This document shows, piece by piece, positions 26,811 through 32,000 of a stretch of 32,000 nt of DNA. Each line of letters begins with the position of its first letter. Position 1 is the first letter of the stretch. This stretch comes from Candidatus Heimdallarchaeota archaeon B3_Heim (GTDB lineage: Archaea > Asgardarchaeota > Heimdallarchaeia > Hodarchaeales > Hodarchaeaceae): assembly GCA_003144275.1 (NCBI GenBank), contig NJBF01000033.1, positions 1 to 32,000 of the forward strand. Reading direction: 5' to 3'. Under the pieces are notes generated by a model. It ran no database searches, was not told where the DNA came from, and saw nothing but the letters and a program-made list of their open reading frames with translations. A program made the translations under genes and the position numbers.

Positions 26811-28319
26811 ATGAAATTAACACTTAAAGAAATACCTTTAGATTCACCATTCGCGCTTATTAATGAGCAAAATTTTCCTAAAGCAATTACTTATCCATGT
26901 CAATTACGAATCTCATTTGATAGCACTTATTTTCCTGTACAAGCTTATTTAACTAGTAAATATGTCGATAAAGGGGAGATTGGTTTGTCTGAATCTGTGA
27001 TCAAACGATATGGCTTGTTGGAAGGGACGGAAGTGGATGTTCAGACTAGACGAACATTTGATTCAGTTGCACATAGACTGATTATTGATAAAGTTAAAGG
27101 AAATATGCTCAATAAAGAAGACATGGATACAATTACAAAGGGGTTCATGAATGCGGAGATTTCTCCTTCCCATTCTTCTGCATTTTTATTGAGCCAGCAT
27201 TTCACAGAGTTCTCCTTGGATGAAATAGAAGCAATGGCCCGTTCTTTTGCCGATTCGGGAAAAATTCATGATTTTTCAGCTCCAGTCTTTGATAAACACA
27301 GCATTGGAGGTGTTCCAGGCAATAAAATTACGTTATTAATTGTACCCATCCTTGCTGCTGCTGGATTACTCATTCCCAAAACATCTACCTATGCTATCAC
27401 TTCTGCCAGTGGCACAGCAGATACAATGTCGGTTTTGGCACCTGTTGAGTTAAATGCTGATGAGGTTTTTGATCTAGTTAAAAAAACGAAGGGATGTATA
27501 GTATCTGGCCGTGATATGGGGATTGCGCCCGTTGTTGATAAAATTATCACAGAGGCTGCCTTTCCTTTGGGCATTGATCCTGAGTCCCTATTCCTTGCAG
27601 GAATATTAGCTAAAAAGCTTGCAATGGGAGTAGATTTTATGTGCTTGGATATTCCGGTTGGTACCGGCACTAAAGTTGATAATGAAGAAGATGGGCGTAC
27701 TTTAGCCCGTTTATTTGTTAGTTTAGCATCTAGACTTGGTATAAAAGCCGAAGCAGGATTAACCTATGCTAATGTCCCCGTTGGTCATAGTATAGGTCCT
27801 GCGTTAGAAGCTGCTGAGGCGTTAGATGCATTAGCTGGAAAAGGCCCTACTTCTTTAGTTGAAAAAAGCTGTGAATTAGCAGGGATTATTTTTGAGTTAG
27901 CAGGTATGACGGGTCGCGGTCTTGGCAAACCATTTGCTGCCGATATATTACACAGTGGAAAAGCTTTGAAAAAAATGCGTGAAATCATTGAAGGTCAGGG
28001 AGGAGATCCAAAAATATCCTCAGATGAAATTCGTGAAAAACTCGTTGGGAAACCTGTATTATCATATCAAGCACCTGGAGATGGGTGGCCTCATACTTGG
28101 AACAATTACGCTTTAAAAGAGATAGCTCGTGCAGCAGGGGCACCAGGGGATCGATTAGCAGGAATCCAAATTTTATCCAAAAAAGAATCCGTGCGCAAGG
28201 GTGAGGAAGTTTTTCGTGTCTACGCATCCTCAGACTCGGCTTTGGATGAGGTAAGAGGGCTTATTGCCAAATTACGTCCCGTTATCGTTGAGAGTGTCCT
28301 TTTGGAAAGAGTTGCCTAA
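26811..28319 (+). CDS. AMP phosphorylase-like protein, copy 2 (divergent active site)
   Basis: DKHSIGGVPGNK, PKTSTYAITS, GTAD, GIDP, AKKLA, VGHSIGPALEA, ARAAGAP; ATG 26811 (AGGA upstream) preferred over GTG 26766. Confidence 0.9.
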   Translation: MKLTLKEIPLDSPFALINEQNFPKAITYPCQLRISFDSTYFPVQAYLTSKYVDKGEIGLSESVIKRYGLLEGTEVDVQTRRTFDSVAHRLIIDKVKGNMLNKEDMDTITKGFMNAEISPSHSSAFLLSQHFTEFSLDEIEAMARSFADSGKIHDFSAPVFDKHSIGGVPGNKITLLIVPILAAAGLLIPKTSTYAITSASGTADTMSVLAPVELNADEVFDLVKKTKGCIVSGRDMGIAPVVDKIITEAAFPLGIDPESLFLAGILAKKLAMGVDFMCLDIPVGTGTKVDNEEDGRTLARLFVSLASRLGIKAEAGLTYANVPVGHSIGPALEAAEALDALAGKGPTSLVEKSCELAGIIFELAGMTGRGLGKPFAADILHSGKALKKMREIIEGQGGDPKISSDEIREKLVGKPVLSYQAPGDGWPHTWNNYALKEIARAAGAPGDRLAGIQILSKKESVRKGEEVFRVYASSDSALDEVRGLIAKLRPVIVESVLLERVA

Positions 28320-28391
28320 ATATCTTAGTAATAAGTTCTACCATTGAAAATTTCCTTTCTCAAAAATAGAGGCTGAGAAAGTATAGGCTTT

Positions 28392-28793
28392 TTAAATCAT
28401 AGCTGCAAGCTTTTTTGCTGCACGTTTCATATCTAAAAGAATTAATCCCAATTTAGCGTTGGCACGGGCGATACCTACTAGAACAGCATGCTCTCCAGAA
28501 TCACGAATAATGACTATTCCATTGGATCCAGTGATAATCACCTGTTCCATTATCCCTCTCTCTAACTCAACAACCACTCTTTCCGATAGCGATAAGCTAG
28601 CTGCTGTCATGGCAGAGATACGATCTTCGTCGGTATTAGTATAGAGAGCACTCGCGATGGGTAATCCATCTCTGGTTACAACGGCAAGCCCTTCTAAATC
28701 TGGAATTCTGCTTTGAACATCTTTCAAAATTTGTTCAATTTGTGCCAACCTATCCATAATTTCTTGGTCATCATTCTCTAGCAATCGGTTCAC
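28392..28793 (-). CDS. Roadblock/LC7 domain protein
   Basis: EGLAVVTRDGLPIAS, DEDRISAMTAA, ELERG..EQVII.G..G, AKLGLILLDMKRAAKKL; start may be ATG 28757. Confidence 0.92.
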   Translation of the reverse strand: MNRLLENDDQEIMDRLAQIEQILKDVQSRIPDLEGLAVVTRDGLPIASALYTNTDEDRISAMTAASLSLSERVVVELERGIMEQVIITGSNGIVIIRDSGEHAVLVGIARANAKLGLILLDMKRAAKKLAAMI

Positions 28794-29173
28794 CTGAATG
28801 GCTTAACTAAGTTCTAGCTATATTGTTTTTAATGGTTTTGTTATATTAAAGTATTGCCAAATAAATTGTCTTGAACTGAAAAAGAATCTGTGACGTGTAT
28901 TCTAGTTTCCCCGATCAGATTTTCAGACACTGTTTGGATTTTATTATTTCGATGTTGTAAAGTATACTTTTAAATATGAATTTCTAATCCTCTCTGGATA
29001 GAAAAGTGAGTCCAGGGATAATATTTAGCCATCATCGTCCTCCTCCTCAAGAAGAAAAGACTATAGAGCTCCTCTTTACTTTTTTTCTTCTTTTTTTTCA
29101 GACTTAAATTCGAAAAATCAAGAAAAGTTTTTCTTATCCTTAGAATTATTTTAGAAAAACCTCTATAAGAGTA

Positions 29174-29677
29174 GTGACTGCTGAAAAGAATTCATCTGAT
29201 AATCTCTTGTATCGGTTTATTAGGAGTTTATGTTATATGGCAGAAAACAATAAAATGGCTTACTATGTCGGCACGTTTATCTTTGTAATTATTGGGTACT
29301 TTGTATCCTTATTTGTGGAGGATCTTCTAGCTGAAGTTGCTCCATCAGAGTCTATTCTCGAAATATTTACCCCTTTCAGGGTAATGTGGATTTTTACAGC
29401 TCTTGTCTGGTTCATATTCCTCTTTGTAGTATACTGGGGATCTACTATGTTCACAGATTTCGGTGAAAGAACTGGTTTAGCCTCAATTACTTTTGTGATA
29501 ACATTAATTATCGCTACATTAGCAATGGTCATTGCTTATATAATCTTTAACTTAGTTAACGACTCTTCAGTTACAATTGATTTGGATTACTTACTGGATA
29601 GCTATTTCATTGTTTTAAGAAGTAGTGTAGCACCTGCAGTGGCAGCAACTTTTGGTTATAGTAATAAATCGAAGTAG
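29174..29677 (+). CDS. Four-TM membrane protein, unknown function
   Basis: Three to four hydrophobic segments; GTG start. Confidence 0.65.
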   Translation: MTAEKNSSDNLLYRFIRSLCYMAENNKMAYYVGTFIFVIIGYFVSLFVEDLLAEVAPSESILEIFTPFRVMWIFTALVWFIFLFVVYWGSTMFTDFGERTGLASITFVITLIIATLAMVIAYIIFNLVNDSSVTIDLDYLLDSYFIVLRSSVAPAVAATFGYSNKSK

Positions 29678-29684
29678 AAATTAA

Positions 29685-29705
29685 TTTTCTCTTCTCTTTT
29701 TTTCT
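29685..29705 (+). terminator. U-rich tract between the membrane-protein gene and the thiolase gene
   Basis: TTTTCTCTTCTCTTTTTTTCT after stop 29677; SD AGGAG at 29711 precedes the thiolase ATG. Confidence 0.4.
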
Positions 29706-29725
29706 ATTATAGGAGATTTTATTGA

Positions 29726-30910
29726 ATGGATAATGTTGTAATAGTAGAAGCCGTCAGATCGGCAATAGGTAGTTTCGGAGGCACTTTAAAGGATATACAA
29801 GCTCCTGATATTGCTTCTGTCGTCATGAAAGCAGTTATTGAACGGAATGGCGTTGAGAACATTGCAGAGCAAATTAATGATGTTAGATTTGGATGTTGTG
29901 TTGAAGACAATCGCTATATGAATGTCGCCCGAATTGCAGCTTTACGAGCAGGTATTCCCAAAGAGGTACCTGCAGTAACGCTTAATCGTGTTTGCACCTC
30001 CGCAATGGAAGCTATTGTCTCTGGAATGCACCAGATACAAGCTGAACCAACTAGTGAAATTATTCTCGCTGGTGGGGTGGAATCTATGAGTACAATTCCC
30101 TACCTTTCTTATGATATGCGTTGGGGATCTCGATACTTTGATAAAGTATTCGTTGATGGTGTTATGGAGGGTCTTAAGGCTGGGGGTGACAAACTCATGG
30201 GTATGACCGCGGAAATATTGGCTGAAGAATTTAAATTGACTAGAGAAGAATTAGATGAAGTTGCCTATCGTTCACATCAGAATGCCTTAAAAGCAACATC
30301 ATCTGGCCGATTTAAGGATGAAATTGTCCCAATTGAGGTGAAAACACGAAAAGGAGTAACCAATTTTGAAGTTGATGAACATCCACGTGATTATTCCCTT
30401 GATCAATTAGCAAAAATGAGACCTGTGTTCAAAAAAGATGGAGTTGTTACATCTGGAAATGCCTCAGGGATTAATGATGGAGCAGCTGCAGTTCTAATAA
30501 TGAGTGAATCAAAAGCTGATGACTTGGGTATAAAATCATTAGCTAAAATAGTTGGTTATGGCATAAGTGGTGTAGATCCCGATCGAATGGGTATGGGCCC
30601 AGTTCCAGCTACAAAAAACTTGTTTTCTAAAGTGTCTGATTATACTTTTGACGATATCGGGCTTATAGAAATGAATGAAGCATTTGCTGCAACATATCTT
30701 GCTGCAGAACGCGAAATGGGTTTTGAACGTGAAATTGCTAATGTAAATGGATCTGGGATAGGGTTAGGTCATCCTGTAGGATGTACTGGTTCACGCATTA
30801 CAGTAACCCTTTTACACGAAATGATTAAGCGTCAAGAATCGGTTGGGTTGTCCACATTATGTGGTGGGGGTGGACTAGGTATGTCCCTCTTACTCACACG
30901 CGATATATAG
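29726..30910 (+). CDS. Acetyl-CoA C-acyltransferase (thiolase)
   Basis: Catalytic motifs NRVCTSA, NEAFA, GHPVGCTG, LCGGGG; GNASGINDGAAA. Confidence 0.95.
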   Translation: MDNVVIVEAVRSAIGSFGGTLKDIQAPDIASVVMKAVIERNGVENIAEQINDVRFGCCVEDNRYMNVARIAALRAGIPKEVPAVTLNRVCTSAMEAIVSGMHQIQAEPTSEIILAGGVESMSTIPYLSYDMRWGSRYFDKVFVDGVMEGLKAGGDKLMGMTAEILAEEFKLTREELDEVAYRSHQNALKATSSGRFKDEIVPIEVKTRKGVTNFEVDEHPRDYSLDQLAKMRPVFKKDGVVTSGNASGINDGAAAVLIMSESKADDLGIKSLAKIVGYGISGVDPDRMGMGPVPATKNLFSKVSDYTFDDIGLIEMNEAFAATYLAAEREMGFEREIANVNGSGIGLGHPVGCTGSRITVTLLHEMIKRQESVGLSTLCGGGGLGMSLLLTRDI

Positions 30911-30926
30911 TTAAAATAATAATTCG

Positions 30927-30942
30927 TTTTCCTCCTTTTTTT
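30927..30942 (+). terminator. U-rich terminator-like tract after the thiolase gene
   Basis: TTTTCCTCCTTTTTTT about 16 nt after the stop. Confidence 0.5.
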
Positions 30943-30983
30943 GTGTCTCATTAGTCAATTCTCTCAAAATAATTTTAACCAAA

Positions 30984-31721
30984 TCATTGATAGATTTTCC
31001 CAAGTCCAAGTATTAGGATAACGAAAATAAAAATGAAGAGAAGAATCGATATAACAGGTAAATCTCCTCCCATTTCACTCATTTCAGTCGTGGAATCTTG
31101 TAATTGTTCTGAGACGAGTTCAAATAAAGTTATCATTTCATTATTTGATATTAATGTCATTGACCAGTATACGAGCCAACCTGTCTGCCAATTTCTCATG
31201 ATCATAATCTTGATGCGTGGTGTATTACCACCAAAGGGGAGAGGGGATTCACTTGACATTATTATAAGATTATCCTTAAAAGTTACATTGTGTAATTCAT
31301 TTTGGCTAATCCAATATGATTGATTAGATGTTGTTTTCATTACATATTGAAAATTTATAAAACCGAGAGTGTAGTTATCAGATCGGTCTTTCTCTGTAAT
31401 ATTCCCGTCATAAATAACTCTTATTGTAGCACGGTCAGCAATTTCACTACTAAGACTTATAATTTCGACTGTGATTTTAGAACCTTTTCCAAGGGTAACT
31501 TCGACTATATTTCCATCCTTCGTTGTGACTGGAAATCTTATTAAACTAGCCAGATTTTCATCAGGTTCGTTATCATCATAATAATCAATTACAGTATATG
31601 TTTCTCGATTACTTATATTTACTTTCCATTCCAGATCTTGTGTAAAATGCTGTACTGAGAAATGACTTGCAGAAAACACTAATAATATTAGAACTATACT
31701 CAGAAGTTTTGTTTTTTGCAT
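30984..31721 (-). CDS. Secreted/surface protein with C-terminal TM anchor, unknown function
   Basis: Signal peptide MQKTKLLSIVLILLVFSASH; STTEMSE linker; C-terminal hydrophobic segment + GK. Confidence 0.75.
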   Translation of the reverse strand: MQKTKLLSIVLILLVFSASHFSVQHFTQDLEWKVNISNRETYTVIDYYDDNEPDENLASLIRFPVTTKDGNIVEVTLGKGSKITVEIISLSSEIADRATIRVIYDGNITEKDRSDNYTLGFINFQYVMKTTSNQSYWISQNELHNVTFKDNLIIMSSESPLPFGGNTPRIKIMIMRNWQTGWLVYWSMTLISNNEMITLFELVSEQLQDSTTEMSEMGGDLPVISILLFIFIFVILILGLGKIYQ

Positions 31722-32000
31722 ATATTTTGACTCGACTTCGTCTAATCTTGTAGAATATGTACTCAGACTTCTAGATACTTACATTTAGTCTTAAAAAGTT
31801 CTCCAGTCCATAGGATTCATATTGATATTTAGCCTCTTTCTTTGAAGAAATTATGTGGGAATGATTATATATTTCTTTTATACATCTTTTCTAGTCTTCA
31901 AGAGTCCTAAAAGAGTTTCTTAATTCATTAAATAGTTTTTTGTATAAAATTATATCGCCTAAGATTAAGGGTCACTCTTAATATCCTCATTATTTTGCGA

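Noticed and set aside
25461-28227. Antisense ORFs of 67-126 aa inside the phosphorylase genes (and similar short ORFs inside pheS, pheT, the MTase and thiolase).
   Set aside because: Fully nested within well-supported genes, with no recognisable motifs; typical shadow ORFs.
6814-30910. SCP2 plus thiolase in one window, reminiscent of the eukaryotic SCPx fusion.
   Set aside because: About 22 kb apart on opposite strands, and the thiolase has classical NEAF/GHP/CxGGG motifs rather than SCP2-type thiolase features.
31760-31960. Minus-strand frame with one internal TAG (PLILGDIILYKKLFNELRNSFRTLED*KRCIKEIYNH...).
   Set aside because: No start, no recognisable family, and too close to the window edge to evaluate; possibly a relic but unsupported.

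Overview
AT-rich archaeal chromosomal window of about 28 genes, with no rRNA, tRNA, CRISPR array or transposase seen. Archaeal-type pheS/pheT, AMP phosphorylase homologs, a stand-alone roadblock/LC7 protein and several CTERM-anchored surface proteins together suggest an Asgard archaeon, probably Heimdallarchaeia (inference, not verified). Contents: surface proteins (Thr-rich CTERM protein; 944-aa beta-helix/TSP3-repeat single-pass protein; anchored serine hydrolase; anchored TlpA), housekeeping and metabolic genes (pheS, pheT, two HAD hydrolases, SCP2, YyaL, PIG-L deacetylase, EamA, MDR dehydrogenase, thiolase), and an orphan beta-class DNA methyltransferase interrupted by a 353-aa LAGLIDADG intein. 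The most unusual signal is a tandem pair of AMP-phosphorylase paralogs with reciprocal active-site substitutions: copy 1 has Asn at the catalytic Asp position, while copy 2 keeps the Asp but changes the SRAITS motif and a base-binding Ser. Other leads are an HTH-less tandem RAM/ACT-like protein paired with a thiamine-binding protein, and an in-frame TGA forming a (U/C)xxC motif in the gene cut by the left edge. All family calls come from motif recognition by eye; no searches were run.
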